The notes beneath the pieces are model-generated. The model made no database searches and was not told the DNA's origin. It was given only the letters and a program-made list of their open reading frames with translations. From the NCBI GenBank assembly GCA_011523505.1, contig WTGP01000019.1, positions 189,151-253,150 on the forward strand: DNA of 64,000 nucleotides, in the 5' to 3' direction. Origin of the DNA: Gammaproteobacteria bacterium. GTDB taxonomy: Bacteria > Pseudomonadota > Gammaproteobacteria > Steroidobacterales > Foliamicaceae. Positions 31,270 through 40,885 of the stretch are shown in pieces (within the stretch, counting starts at the first letter, position 1; every line of letters starts with the position of its first letter). The position numbers and the translations under genes were made by a program.

Positions 31270-31865
31270 GATCTTTCTCCCGCGGCCTTGATCTTCCGCC
31301 TCGCTTTGCGGATCCGCCGCATGGCCCGCACGATGTAGTTTTCGACCTGCTTCTCCGTCACCCCCATGTGCAACGCAATTTCCGCGTAGCTCATGTTGCG
31401 AAAGCGCTGCAGGACAAGCGCCACTCTCCAATTCAGGCGCATGTTCCTGATGACGCCCTTGATGGCTTCCAGTTCCAGTTGCGCCGCGACGATCCTCTCG
31501 GGCGTGTGCTCATCCATTTGTTCGCTTTCGATTGCCCGCTGCGCCGCCGCGTAGCTGGTGCGCACGCGCAACCTGCGCTGCCGGTCCACGATGAGGTTGT
31601 TGGCCATCGTCAGGAGAAAGGAACGATTGCTACCGGTTGCGTCGGACATCTTTTCTTCCAGTTGCTCGACTTCCATCAGCCGCGCGAAGAGTTCCTGCAG
31701 AAGGTCCTCAACCCGGTCATGCGGAACAGCCCGCCCCAGCAGGAACAGGCGCAGGGGCCGGGCATGCCGGTCAAACAATTCCTTGACCAGCCGCCTTCGA
31801 CCCGGCCTGTCGCGCAAAGCCAGGTCGATGATGTTGTCGCTACGACCGCCAGGCAAAGTGCTTAT
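31263..31865 (-). CDS. ECF sigma-70 factor, FecI-like (copy B)
   Basis: Paralog of 23620-24213; start inferred from the AGGGAGG RBS and alignment (ATA 31865 or TTG 31856). Confidence 0.88.
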   Translation of the reverse strand: MSTLPGGRSDNIIDLALRDRPGRRRLVKELFDRHARPLRLFLLGRAVPHDRVEDLLQELFARLMEVEQLEEKMSDATGSNRSFLLTMANNLIVDRQRRLRVRTSYAAAQRAIESEQMDEHTPERIVAAQLELEAIKGVIRNMRLNWRVALVLQRFRNMSYAEIALHMGVTEKQVENYIVRAMRRIRKARRKIKAAGERSC

Positions 31866-31966
31866 GGGACACCTCCCTACAAGAATCAACGGCCAGGCGT
31901 GCCTGTTACCCCGCGCTGGCGACGCCCCCGGTCCCGGCAAAGCATAAAATTCACCGCGGCCAGGCG

Positions 31967-33709
31967 ATGAAGAAAGCCCTCAGCATCCTACTTGACCAAG
32001 CCCTGCTTTCGGTTGCCGGGGACCACGCCGACAGCCTTCGATACGCGGGGCTTGAGCAGGCGCGGGACGCGCGCAACGGGCATTACGCCACCAGCGCCGC
32101 CATGCAGCTGGCGGGCGGGCTGAAGCGCAGGCCGGCGGACATCGCGGCCGATATCGTGGCCCACCTGCCGCGGAACACATTGATCGGGCGGGTCGAGATC
32201 GCCGGTCCCGGGTTTATCAATATCTGGCTGGACCCCGGCGCGCTGCAGGCCGAGCTCGGCCGAATCGTTGCCGGCGGCGATGCCTATGGGTGCTGCGACC
32301 TCGGCGCGGGCCGCAAGGTGCTGGTGGAATTCGTGTCCGCCAATCCCACCGGGCCCCTGCATGTGGGGCACGGCCGGCTTGCGGCGATCGGCGACTGCCT
32401 GGCGCGCCTGCTGGAAGCCACCGGCCACGACGTCTGGCGCGAATACTACGTGAACGATGCCGGGCGGCAGCTGGCCGTGCTGGGCCTTTCGGTGTGGCTG
32501 CGCATGGTGCAGCGCGAGGACGCCGGAGCGCGGTTTCCCGACGGCGCCTACCGGGGCGAGTACGTTCTCGACTTGGCAAAGCGCATGGCCGATGAATTGC
32601 CGGAAGCGGCCGAGGCGGCGCGGAACGGGATGGCCTGGCCCGAGGGCGACAAGGCAAATGGCAAGGACGCGGACCAGTTCGTCGATGCGCTAATCGCCAC
32701 CGCGCGCGAAACGCTGGGCGACGAACTGTTCGCCGACATCGGACGCCTGGCCGGCGAATGGGTGCTGGACGACATTCGCGACGACCTCGATGAGTTCGGC
32801 GTGCGCTTCGATCACTGGCAGTCCGAGCGCGAACTGGTGACGGGCGGAGAAATCGAAGCCTGCCTGGAAAAACTCGCCGGCGTCACCTACCGGAGCGACG
32901 GCGCCCTGTGGTTTCCCGCCGAGAAATACGGCGACGAGAAAGACCGCGTGGTGGTGCGGGCCGACGGCCGCAGCACCTATTTCGCTTCCGATATCGCCTA
33001 TCATTACGGCAAGCGCAAGCGTGGCGCGGACGTGCTGCTCGACGTGCTCGGCGCGGACCATCACGGCTATGTCGGCCGCGTGCGGGCCGGCCTCGAGGCG
33101 CTGGGCGAACCGCCCTCGAGCCTGGAGGTCCTGCTGGTGCAGTTCGTGGCCCTGTACCGCGGCGGCGAGCGGGTGGCGATGTCCACCCGCGGCGGCGAGT
33201 TCGAGACCCTGCGGAACCTGCGCGAGGAAGTGGGCGTGGACGCGGCGCGTTTCTTCTACGTATCCCGGGCAGGAGAACAGCATCTTGATTTCGACCTCGA
33301 TCTGGCCAGGAAGCAGTCCAACGACAATCCGGTCTATTACGTGCAATACGCCCACGCGCGCGTTGCCAGCCTGTTCGAAAAGATGCACGCGCGGGGCATC
33401 GGCTTCAGCCCGGACGAGGGCGAGGAGCACGCCGGCCTGCTTGAGCACCCCCGGGAGATCGACCTGATGCTGGCGCTGGCGCGGCTGCCCGAGACCGTGG
33501 AGCAGGCAGCCGTGCAGCAGGCCCCGCAGGTGCTCGCGCATTACCTGGTTAGCCTGGCGCAGGCCTTCCACGGCTGGTACAACCACTGCAAGGTGCTGGA
33601 CGCCGAACCCGGCCTGCGTCGTGCGCGGCTGCTGCTGGCGCAGGCCAGCGGCCAGGTCCTGCGCAACGGGCTGGGATTGCTGGGCGTATCCGCGCCGAGG
33701 AGCATGTAG
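31967..33709 (+). CDS. argS: Arginine--tRNA ligase
   Basis: IAGPGFINI, VEFVSANPTGPLHVGH, DEKDRV, GADHHGY, MSTR, NPVYYVQYAHAR, LLGVSAP.SM. Confidence 0.98.
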   Translation: MKKALSILLDQALLSVAGDHADSLRYAGLEQARDARNGHYATSAAMQLAGGLKRRPADIAADIVAHLPRNTLIGRVEIAGPGFINIWLDPGALQAELGRIVAGGDAYGCCDLGAGRKVLVEFVSANPTGPLHVGHGRLAAIGDCLARLLEATGHDVWREYYVNDAGRQLAVLGLSVWLRMVQREDAGARFPDGAYRGEYVLDLAKRMADELPEAAEAARNGMAWPEGDKANGKDADQFVDALIATARETLGDELFADIGRLAGEWVLDDIRDDLDEFGVRFDHWQSERELVTGGEIEACLEKLAGVTYRSDGALWFPAEKYGDEKDRVVVRADGRSTYFASDIAYHYGKRKRGADVLLDVLGADHHGYVGRVRAGLEALGEPPSSLEVLLVQFVALYRGGERVAMSTRGGEFETLRNLREEVGVDAARFFYVSRAGEQHLDFDLDLARKQSNDNPVYYVQYAHARVASLFEKMHARGIGFSPDEGEEHAGLLEHPREIDLMLALARLPETVEQAAVQQAPQVLAHYLVSLAQAFHGWYNHCKVLDAEPGLRRARLLLAQASGQVLRNGLGLLGVSAPRSM

Positions 33710-33711
33710 TC

Positions 33712-34353
33712 ATGGCAAAACGCAGGAAATCCCGCTCCGGCGGCTGGCGCGGGGGCCAATTCGTGGCGGGCACCGTGCTGGGCCTGGCGCTGGGCCTTTG
33801 GGGCTACCCCACGCTCACCGAGTGGTGGTCGCAGCCTTCGTCCGGCACGCCGGCGGACAATCCGTCGTCTTCCCCGACATTCGATTTCTACGACATTCTC
33901 GAACGCGGCGAACAGGTCGTTGAGGAAACCCTGGCTTCCCGGCCGGAGCCGGCTGGAGAACCCGCGGCGGGAGAACCCGCGGCGGGAGAACCTGCGACCG
34001 GGACGTCCGCGTCAGACTCCGTTCCGGAAACGGTGGCCTCGACCGCCACCGAGCCTGCCGCAGCGCAGGTTCCGGATACCGAACCGCCGCCCCCGGGGCC
34101 CAGTCCGGTGGATACGCCGGGCATGTACGTCCTGCAGATGGGAGCGTTCGTACGCGAGACCGAGGCCGAGTCGCTGAAGGCCAGGCTGGCGCTGGTGGGC
34201 ATGACGGCGCGCATTCAGCCGGTGATGGTGGACCGGCAAACGTATTACCGCGTCCGGATCGGACCCACCGACGATCTCGCGCAGCTGAACGCCGACCGCG
34301 CGCGGCTGCAGCAGCATCGATTCGACTTCTACCTGTTGAAGCTGAGCCAATAG
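33712..34353 (+). CDS. SPOR-domain cell division protein (FtsN-like)
   Basis: N-terminal TM, FDFYDIL motif, Pro/Ala linker, SPOR YVLQMGAF..YRVRIGP; typical position after argS. Confidence 0.88.
   Translation: MAKRRKSRSGGWRGGQFVAGTVLGLALGLWGYPTLTEWWSQPSSGTPADNPSSSPTFDFYDILERGEQVVEETLASRPEPAGEPAAGEPAAGEPATGTSASDSVPETVASTATEPAAAQVPDTEPPPPGPSPVDTPGMYVLQMGAFVRETEAESLKARLALVGMTARIQPVMVDRQTYYRVRIGPTDDLAQLNADRARLQQHRFDFYLLKLSQ
33955..33996 (+). repeat. 15-bp in-frame tandem repeat in the SPOR linker
   Basis: GGAGAACCCGCGGCG x2 plus GGAGAACCTGCG, encoding GEPAA repeats. Confidence 0.8.
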
Positions 34354-34355
34354 CG

Positions 34356-35420
34356 TTGATTTCCGCCTCACGGGCCCGCGCCTACGACGAGGCCATTCGA
34401 CAAGGCTTCCCCTGGCGCGCCCTCGCCGATACGCCCACGCCGGTGGACCGGCATGACTCGCTCGCCGATGAACTCGGCGCCCGCTCGGCCTGGATCAAGC
34501 GCGACGACATCAGTGGCGCAAAGCACGGCGGCAACAAGCTGAGAAAGCTCGAGTTCCTGCTGGCCGACGCGCTGGACGGCGGTTACCGGGGCGTGCTGAC
34601 GTACGGCGCCGTGGGATCCAACCATATTCTGTCCACCTCGCACTGCGCCCGCAGTCTCGGCCTCGAGTGCTGCGGAATCGTCCGTCCCCAGCCGCCCACG
34701 CCCTACGTCGAGAAAACGCTTCGCTACCACCACCTGCTGGGCACCCGGCTGATCGCGGCGGCCGACCGGGAGGCAACCGCGCGGGAGCGCGAGCGGATGC
34801 TGGCCGAAGAGGGCGCCTGGTACGAGATACCGCTGGGGGGCTCCTCGGTACTGGGTTGCCTGGGCTACGTCTGCGGCGCGCTCGAGCTGGCCGGACAGAT
34901 AAAGGCCGGAGAGTGCCCGGCGCCGGACCTGATATACCTGCCCTGCGGGTCTTCCGGCAGCACGCTGGGGCTCGACCTGGGACTTTCGCTGGCCGGGCTG
35001 CCCACGCGCATGGTGGCGGCCCGCGTCGTGTCCGACAACATGACCTCGATGAGCAGGATCCGGGCGCTGGCGGGGCAATTGAGACAGCTCCTGGACGGCG
35101 TCTGCCCCTTGCCCGAAGACGAGCCCCTGAGCCGCGTGGAGTTTCGCACCGAGTTCCTGGGACCGGGCTATGCGCTGCCCACCGACGAGGCGCTGGAGGC
35201 CATCGACTTCATGAAGCGGGAAACGAACACGCAGTTGGAGTACACCTATTCCGGGAAGGGCGCGGCGGCCATGCTGAGCGACGGGCGCAATGGCCGCCAC
35301 AAGGACCGCAACGTGATGTTCTGGAACACCTACAACTCGCGGCCGGCGCCGGCCGGCCTGCCGCCCCTGAATCGCGAAGGGTTGCCCGAGGTCATCCGGG
35401 CGAGTCTGCCGCCGGCCTAG
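34356..35420 (+). CDS. PLP-dependent enzyme, D-cysteine desulfhydrase / ACC deaminase / cysteate sulfo-lyase family
   Basis: PTP, WIKRDD, GGNKLRKLEFL, GAVGSNH, IPLGGS..G..GY, CGSSGS, GPGY, YTYSGK. Confidence 0.85.
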   Translation: MISASRARAYDEAIRQGFPWRALADTPTPVDRHDSLADELGARSAWIKRDDISGAKHGGNKLRKLEFLLADALDGGYRGVLTYGAVGSNHILSTSHCARSLGLECCGIVRPQPPTPYVEKTLRYHHLLGTRLIAAADREATARERERMLAEEGAWYEIPLGGSSVLGCLGYVCGALELAGQIKAGECPAPDLIYLPCGSSGSTLGLDLGLSLAGLPTRMVAARVVSDNMTSMSRIRALAGQLRQLLDGVCPLPEDEPLSRVEFRTEFLGPGYALPTDEALEAIDFMKRETNTQLEYTYSGKGAAAMLSDGRNGRHKDRNVMFWNTYNSRPAPAGLPPLNREGLPEVIRASLPPA

Positions 35421-35445
35421 CCCGCTTGTTGCAGCCGTCCGCGCC

Positions 35446-36201
35446 GTGAGCGACTCGCTGCCCCCGGAATTTCTGCCGCTGCTGGCGCTGGCGGGCTGCG
35501 CGGCGGGTTTTCTGAACGTAATGGCGGGCGGCGGTTCGCTGCTGACGCTCCCGGTGCTGCTGCTGGCCGGCGTCCCGGCGCCGATCGCCAACGGAACCCT
35601 GCGCGTATCCATCATCGCCCAGAACCTGGTGGCGCTGGGCACCTTCCGGCGGCACGGCTTCGGCGAGCTGAAGCAAGCGCTGTTCCTTTCGATTTTCGCC
35701 TGCGCCGGCGCCGTAGGTGGCGCGTCGCTGGGCGTGCGGATGAGCGGGCCGTGGTTCGACCGCATCGTGGTTCTGACCATGGTGGTCTGCACGTTGCTGA
35801 TCCTGCGCCGCGGGAAGGCCGCCCCGACACCGGCCCTGGGTCCCGGCCGCCGCTGGCTGGGCTATGCGGCATTGGTGTTTGCCGGCGCCTGGGGCGGCTT
35901 TATTCAGGTGGGCGTGGGGTTCCTGCTGATGCCGGCGCTCAATCGCATTCTCGGCATGGACCTGGTGCGCGTGAACATGTACAAGGTCGTGATCATCCTG
36001 CCGTACACGGTCCTGGCGCTGGCGATCTTTGCCTGGCAGTCGGAAATCCTGTGGCTGGCGGGCCTGGCGCTGGCGCTCGGCAACTCCGCCGGAGGGTGGC
36101 TGGGCGCGCGGCTTACGGTGTCAAAAGGGGAGCCGCTGATTCGCGCCGTTTTCCTCATCGCCGTCGCCGCGATGGCCGCAAGCCTGCTGCTGCGCGGGTA
36201 A
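35446..36201 (+). CDS. TauE/SafE (TSUP) family sulfite exporter / sulfur compound transporter
   Basis: AGFLNVMAGGGSLLTLP..ANGT, GAWGGFIQVGVG, multi-TM. Confidence 0.88.
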   Translation: MSDSLPPEFLPLLALAGCAAGFLNVMAGGGSLLTLPVLLLAGVPAPIANGTLRVSIIAQNLVALGTFRRHGFGELKQALFLSIFACAGAVGGASLGVRMSGPWFDRIVVLTMVVCTLLILRRGKAAPTPALGPGRRWLGYAALVFAGAWGGFIQVGVGFLLMPALNRILGMDLVRVNMYKVVIILPYTVLALAIFAWQSEILWLAGLALALGNSAGGWLGARLTVSKGEPLIRAVFLIAVAAMAASLLLRG

Positions 36202-36232
36202 CGTCCCAGCATCCCCCGTCTTCACCCTTGGG

Positions 36233-36826
36233 TTAGGGCGTTACGGACCAGGTGTAGGTTTCGCTGCGCAGAACCAGGCCGAATCCCAGGCGCCCGCTTA
36301 CGTTGCGGCGCCACCAGGTCGATTCCTCCGGAAACAGGCGCGCCCGCACGGAGAACACATGCGGCTCTCCCGGCTGAAGTTCGTCCAGGCGGGCCAGGGG
36401 CTGGTCGGCCAGGTAGCCGATCTTGCGCAGGGCGGAAAACATCGTCGCGAATTCCGCGCGGGCGTCGGCCGACGGGGAACTGACGACAAAGCGATCGGTC
36501 TCGCGGTCGAATTCGAGGTAAACGGTGCGCACCACCAGGGCCAGCTGACTGTCGGGGATCACGGGCCTTTGCCGGGCCACGGCGAACTCCACCTCGAACC
36601 TCAGCCTCAGCCCGGCGCGCAGGAGCCGCTCGGCCTCGTCGTCCAGCTCGATGTCCACCCGCGTCGTGACCAGCCAGCTTTCCCCGTCCGCAAGCGCGTA
36701 GGCCAGGCGCACGTCAACCTCCGAGGCCGGGGCCGCCGTGGGAAGGCCGAGCAGGCAAACCAGCGCCAGCAGCCCGATACGGGCGGGCGAATCAGCGAAT
36801 CTGAAGCGGCTTCTCAAGCAGCGCAT
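36233..36826 (-). CDS. DUF4390 family exported protein
   Basis: Signal-like N-terminus, G..L.F.VEF...R pattern; conserved position downstream of rsmB. Confidence 0.7.
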   Translation of the reverse strand: MRCLRSRFRFADSPARIGLLALVCLLGLPTAAPASEVDVRLAYALADGESWLVTTRVDIELDDEAERLLRAGLRLRFEVEFAVARQRPVIPDSQLALVVRTVYLEFDRETDRFVVSSPSADARAEFATMFSALRKIGYLADQPLARLDELQPGEPHVFSVRARLFPEESTWWRRNVSGRLGFGLVLRSETYTWSVTP

Positions 36827-38129
36827 TGAAGTGTCCGTCGGCGCAACGCCTCCCGGGCAGTGTGTGATAACCGTGTCGCGTCAAGGGAAGCGCCCATCCC
36901 CCGGATACGCCGCCGCAACTTCTGACTTCACGGGCCAGACCCCTATTTTCGCCCAGAAAGCGCCGGATTACATCACCGGTTTCTTCCGGCAACACCGAGC
37001 AAACGCTGTAGAGCAGGCGCCCGCCGGGCTTGAGCAGCGGCCAGAGGCGTTCGAGCAGCCGCCCCTGCACGCGGGCGAAAGGCGCAATGTCGTCATCGCG
37101 GCGCAGGTGCTTGATGTCCGGATGGCGGCGAATGACGCCGGTGGTCGAGCAGGGTGCGTCGAGCAGAATGCGGTCGAAAGCGACGCCGTCGAACCACTCC
37201 GCGGGACGCAAGGCGTCTCCGCGGCGAACGGTGGCGCTCAAGCCGAGCCGGGCAAGATTCTCTTCAAGCCGCGCGAGCCGTTCGCCGTCGATGTCCAGCG
37301 CCAGCAATTCGCCCGGGTCCGGGCACAGCTCCAGCAATTGCGCGGTCTTGCCGCCGGGCGCCGCGCAGGCGTCCAGGACCCGCATGCCGGGGCGAACGCC
37401 GAGCCGGTGCGCCGCCAGTTGCGCGCCGGCGTCCTGAACCGACACCAGGCCTTCGGCAAAACCGGGCACATCGCGGACCGGCCCCGGAGGATCGAGCTGC
37501 AATGCGTCCGGCAGATCGCCAGGCAGGCCGAAACGCCACGGGCCGGCGGCGGTTGCCTGCACCCGGTACGCCTTGCGCCCGGTCCTTGTGCGATTGACCC
37601 GCAGCCACATCGGCGGCTTGCGGTTGCCGGCCTGCAATATCGAACTCCAGCGACCCGGCCAGGCGGACTGCAGCCGGCGGATCAGCCACCCGGGATGCGA
37701 GTAGCGCCCCTCGAGGCTTTGGTGGGCCGCCTTCTCCAGGCTATGGCTTTCGCGCAGATAGCGGCGCAGGACCGCGTTGACCGCGCGCGCCCGGGCCGGA
37801 CCGAGCAGCGCCTTGCCCGCGGAAACGCAGGAACTCACGGCGGCATGGTCCGGGATCCGCGTGCGGCCAAGCTGGTACAGCCCCACGGACAGGAGAGCCC
37901 CGAGCTTGCCGGACGGCCGCGGACGCTCCATCAGTCTTTCCAGCAACTGCGCGTGCCGATGGTGCCAGCGCAGCGCCCCCAGCGCCAGTTCCGCGGCCAG
38001 CGCCCGCCGCTCGGGCGTCAGCTCCGAATATCCGGCTGCGTCGAGCGAACGAGCGTAGCTCCGTCCCTGCAGCACGCCGTACACGGCCAGCGCGCTCACC
38101 CGCCGCGGCCCGGCGCCGGTCCCGCTCAA
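36792..38129 (-). CDS. rsmB: 16S rRNA m5C967 methyltransferase
   Basis: NusB-like N-terminus, VQD, VLDACAAPGGKT, FDRILLDAPCS.TGVIRRHPD, LLYSVCS. Confidence 0.95.
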   Translation of the reverse strand: MSGTGAGPRRVSALAVYGVLQGRSYARSLDAAGYSELTPERRALAAELALGALRWHHRHAQLLERLMERPRPSGKLGALLSVGLYQLGRTRIPDHAAVSSCVSAGKALLGPARARAVNAVLRRYLRESHSLEKAAHQSLEGRYSHPGWLIRRLQSAWPGRWSSILQAGNRKPPMWLRVNRTRTGRKAYRVQATAAGPWRFGLPGDLPDALQLDPPGPVRDVPGFAEGLVSVQDAGAQLAAHRLGVRPGMRVLDACAAPGGKTAQLLELCPDPGELLALDIDGERLARLEENLARLGLSATVRRGDALRPAEWFDGVAFDRILLDAPCSTTGVIRRHPDIKHLRRDDDIAPFARVQGRLLERLWPLLKPGGRLLYSVCSVLPEETGDVIRRFLGENRGLAREVRSCGGVSGGWALPLTRHGYHTLPGRRCADGHFNALLEKPLQIR

Positions 38130-39061
38130 GTCAGCACCGCTTCGGCCAGCGGGGCGCCTCGCGCCGCATCCAATGCGGGCATGCGGCGGCGGCCCGGCAA
38201 CTGGACCTCCCGCACCCGCAACACGCCGGAGACGGTCGCCACATCCATCCCATCGCGGGAAACATCAAGGACGCGGCCCGGATCGCCCCCGGCGCCGTCC
38301 AGCGCCTGCGCCTGCCACAGGCGCAGCGGCCTGTCGCCCCACATCGCGTGCGCGACCGGCCAGGGATCGAAGGCCCGCACGCGCCGGGCAAGCGCTTCGG
38401 CCGGCCGGGTCCAGTCCAGGCGGCCCTGCCGCTTGGCGATCAGCGGCGCGTAGGTGGACAGGGACGCATCCTGCGGAACCGCTTCCAGCTCTCCGGCGAG
38501 GATCGCGGGAAGCTGCTCGAGCAGAAGATCGGCGCCCAGCCGGGCCAGCCTCCGCTCCAGGGTCCCAGTGGTTTCGTGCGGCTCGATTGCGGTGCGCCGG
38601 ACCGCCAGCAGCGGGCCCGTGTCCAGGCCGGCATCCATCTGCATCAGCGTGACCCCGGTGTGGCCGTCGCCGGCCAGGATCGCCGCCGCGACCGGCGAGG
38701 CGCCGCGCCAGCGGGGCAGCAGCGACGCGTGAATGTTGACCGCTCCGCGCGCGCAGGCATCGAGCGCGGCGGCCGGCAGGATCGATCCGTAGGCCGCGAC
38801 CACCAGCAGGTCGGCGCCGAAGTCCTCCAGCCGCCGCGTCAGTGACGCGTCCTTCCAGCTTGCCGGCTGCAGCAGGTCCAGCCCGGCCTCTTGTGCCCAT
38901 GTCTTGACCGGAGAGGCCGCGATCCTGCGCCCGCGTCCGGCGGCGCGATCGGGCCGCGTGATCACGGCCGGAATGACATGGCCCGCGCCGTGCAGGGCGC
39001 GCAGCGCTGCCAGCGCAAAATCCGGCGTGCCTGCAAACAGAAGCTTGGCAGGCGCGGTCAT
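38126..39061 (-). CDS. fmt: Methionyl-tRNA formyltransferase
   Basis: FAGTPDFA, VVAAYG, NIHASLLPRWRGASP, MDAGLDTG. Confidence 0.97.
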   Translation of the reverse strand: MTAPAKLLFAGTPDFALAALRALHGAGHVIPAVITRPDRAAGRGRRIAASPVKTWAQEAGLDLLQPASWKDASLTRRLEDFGADLLVVAAYGSILPAAALDACARGAVNIHASLLPRWRGASPVAAAILAGDGHTGVTLMQMDAGLDTGPLLAVRRTAIEPHETTGTLERRLARLGADLLLEQLPAILAGELEAVPQDASLSTYAPLIAKRQGRLDWTRPAEALARRVRAFDPWPVAHAMWGDRPLRLWQAQALDGAGGDPGRVLDVSRDGMDVATVSGVLRVREVQLPGRRRMPALDAARGAPLAEAVLT

Positions 39062-39102
39062 GCTGATGCGACTGTGAAGGGCGCGCTAGGTCCTGTTCGA
39101 CG

Positions 39103-39624
39103 CTACAGCTGCAGGGCGGCGGGCTTGCCGGTCCGCTCGGCTTTCTCCAGGCGTTTGCGCAGCATTCGGCGCTTGAGCGGCGACAGGTAGTCGATGAACA
39201 GCTTGCCGTCCAGGTGATCGATCTCGTGCTGAATGCAGATCGAAGCCAGTCCCTCCAGTTCCTCCTCGACCGGTTCCATTTCGGCCGTGTACGCCCGGAC
39301 CTTCACCCGCTCGGCGCGCGGCACCTCGGCGGTGAATTCGGGCACCGACAGACAGCCCTCCTCGCTCACCACTTCGCCCTCGGAGGAAACGATCTCCGGG
39401 TTGACATAGCAGCGGGGCGTGTCGCGTTCCTCCGACACGTCCATGACCAGCACGCGCTCGGCGACGTTCACCTGGATCGCCGCAAGGCCCACGCCCTTCG
39501 AGGCGTACATGGTCTCCAGCATGTCGTCGGCCAGGCGCCGCAATCGCTCGCCGGCCACCGCGACCGGCTTTGCCTTGCGGCGCAGCCGGCGGTCCGGAAA
39601 GGTCAGTACTCGCAGTTCCGCCAT
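39103..39624 (-). CDS. def: Peptide deformylase
   Basis: GVGLAAIQ, EGCLS, QHEIDHL; start adjusted to ATG 39624 (MAELRVL). Confidence 0.97.
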   Translation of the reverse strand: MAELRVLTFPDRRLRRKAKPVAVAGERLRRLADDMLETMYASKGVGLAAIQVNVAERVLVMDVSEERDTPRCYVNPEIVSSEGEVVSEEGCLSVPEFTAEVPRAERVKVRAYTAEMEPVEEELEGLASICIQHEIDHLDGKLFIDYLSPLKRRMLRKRLEKAERTGKPAALQL

Positions 39625-39695
39625 GGGTACGGTGTAAGGGCTCCAAGGATTCCGCAGTTGTGGTATTTTCCCACAGTCACCAAAGGATGTCCCGC

Positions 39696-40781
39696 ATGGA
39701 AGCAAAACCCTGGATTACCCTCCAATTGTGTCCCGCGCTGCCGCCGTTGCTGCGGCGCAGGCTGCTCAAACGTTACGGCGAGGCGCAGGCCGTGATTGCC
39801 GCGCCGGGCGCCGAACTGCTCGAAGCCGGCCTGACGCCCGCCGTTTTGAACTGGCTCCGGCAGCCGGACCCCGCCGTGATCGCCCCCTGTCTCGACTGGC
39901 TCGCCGGCGAGGGCGCTCACCTGGTGCCGTTCACCGACGAACGCTTTCCCCCGCTATTGCGCGAAATCGACGATCCTCCGGCCGCGCTGTTCGTCCTCGG
40001 ACAAATTGCAGCGCTGGCCGAGCCGCAGTTGGCGATCGTGGGCAGCCGCGCGGCAACGCCCCTGGGACGATCGACCGCGAAGGACTTTTCCCGCGCGCTG
40101 GCGCGCCGAGGCCTGGCCATAGCGAGCGGGCTGGCCGAGGGCATCGATGCGGCCGCGCACGAAGCGGCCCTGGATTGCGGCGGCATCACCGTGGGCGTGT
40201 GCGCCACCGGTCTGGACCGCATCTATCCGAGGCGCAACAAGGAGCTGGCGCGCCGCATCGCCGCCGCCGGCGCATTGATCTCGGAGAATCCGCCGGGCAT
40301 CGAACTGCAGCAATGGATGTTTCCGCGCCGCAACCGGATCATCAGCGGCATGTCGGCGGGCGTCCTGGTTGTCGAAGCGGCCGCACGCTCGGGGGCGCGC
40401 ATTACGGCCCGCGCCGCGGCCGAGCAGGGCCGGGAGGTATTCGCCGTGCCCGGCTCGATACACAGTCCGCAGTCACGGGGCTGCCACGCCCTGATCCGCG
40501 CCGGCGCCAAGCTGGTCGAGCGGCCCGGGGACGTGCTGGAAGAGCTGCCGGCCCTGCTGCAGATCGGCAGCGCGGAAGCGCCGGCGCAGGCGGCGATCGA
40601 ACCGGTTCCCGGCGAACTGCCCCTGGTGGGCGGGCTGCTGCGCCAGGGACCCGTGGGCATGGACGAACTCGTGCGCCAGACCGGGCTGGACGCGTCCGAG
40701 CTGTCCGCCGCGCTCGCGCGTCTCGAGATCGAGGGCCGCGTGCATTCGCTGCCGGGAGGCCGGTTTCAATACGGCCGCTGA
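39696..40781 (+). CDS. dprA: DNA-processing protein DprA
   Basis: AIVGSR, SGLAEGIDAAAH, FPRRNRIISG, VVEA..SG, GREVFAVPG; start ATG 39696 after AAGGA. Confidence 0.95.
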   Translation: MEAKPWITLQLCPALPPLLRRRLLKRYGEAQAVIAAPGAELLEAGLTPAVLNWLRQPDPAVIAPCLDWLAGEGAHLVPFTDERFPPLLREIDDPPAALFVLGQIAALAEPQLAIVGSRAATPLGRSTAKDFSRALARRGLAIASGLAEGIDAAAHEAALDCGGITVGVCATGLDRIYPRRNKELARRIAAAGALISENPPGIELQQWMFPRRNRIISGMSAGVLVVEAAARSGARITARAAAEQGREVFAVPGSIHSPQSRGCHALIRAGAKLVERPGDVLEELPALLQIGSAEAPAQAAIEPVPGELPLVGGLLRQGPVGMDELVRQTGLDASELSAALARLEIEGRVHSLPGGRFQYGR

Positions 40782-40885
40782 ACAGTGCTAGGATGCGCGC
40801 TCGATTTCAGTAGACTCCGTGCAGTAAAGCGCAACAGCCAGATGATTCCATACAGCACGAACCGGCCCATTCAGGTCCTCGCCAC

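Noticed and set aside
31270-31940. ORF-track N-terminal extensions of fecR copy B and sigma copy B
   Set aside because: Paralog alignment and RBS position place the starts at 31269 and ~31865.
33955-33996. 15-bp tandem repeat as a contingency locus
   Set aside because: In-frame, under 3 copies, in a disordered linker; ordinary.
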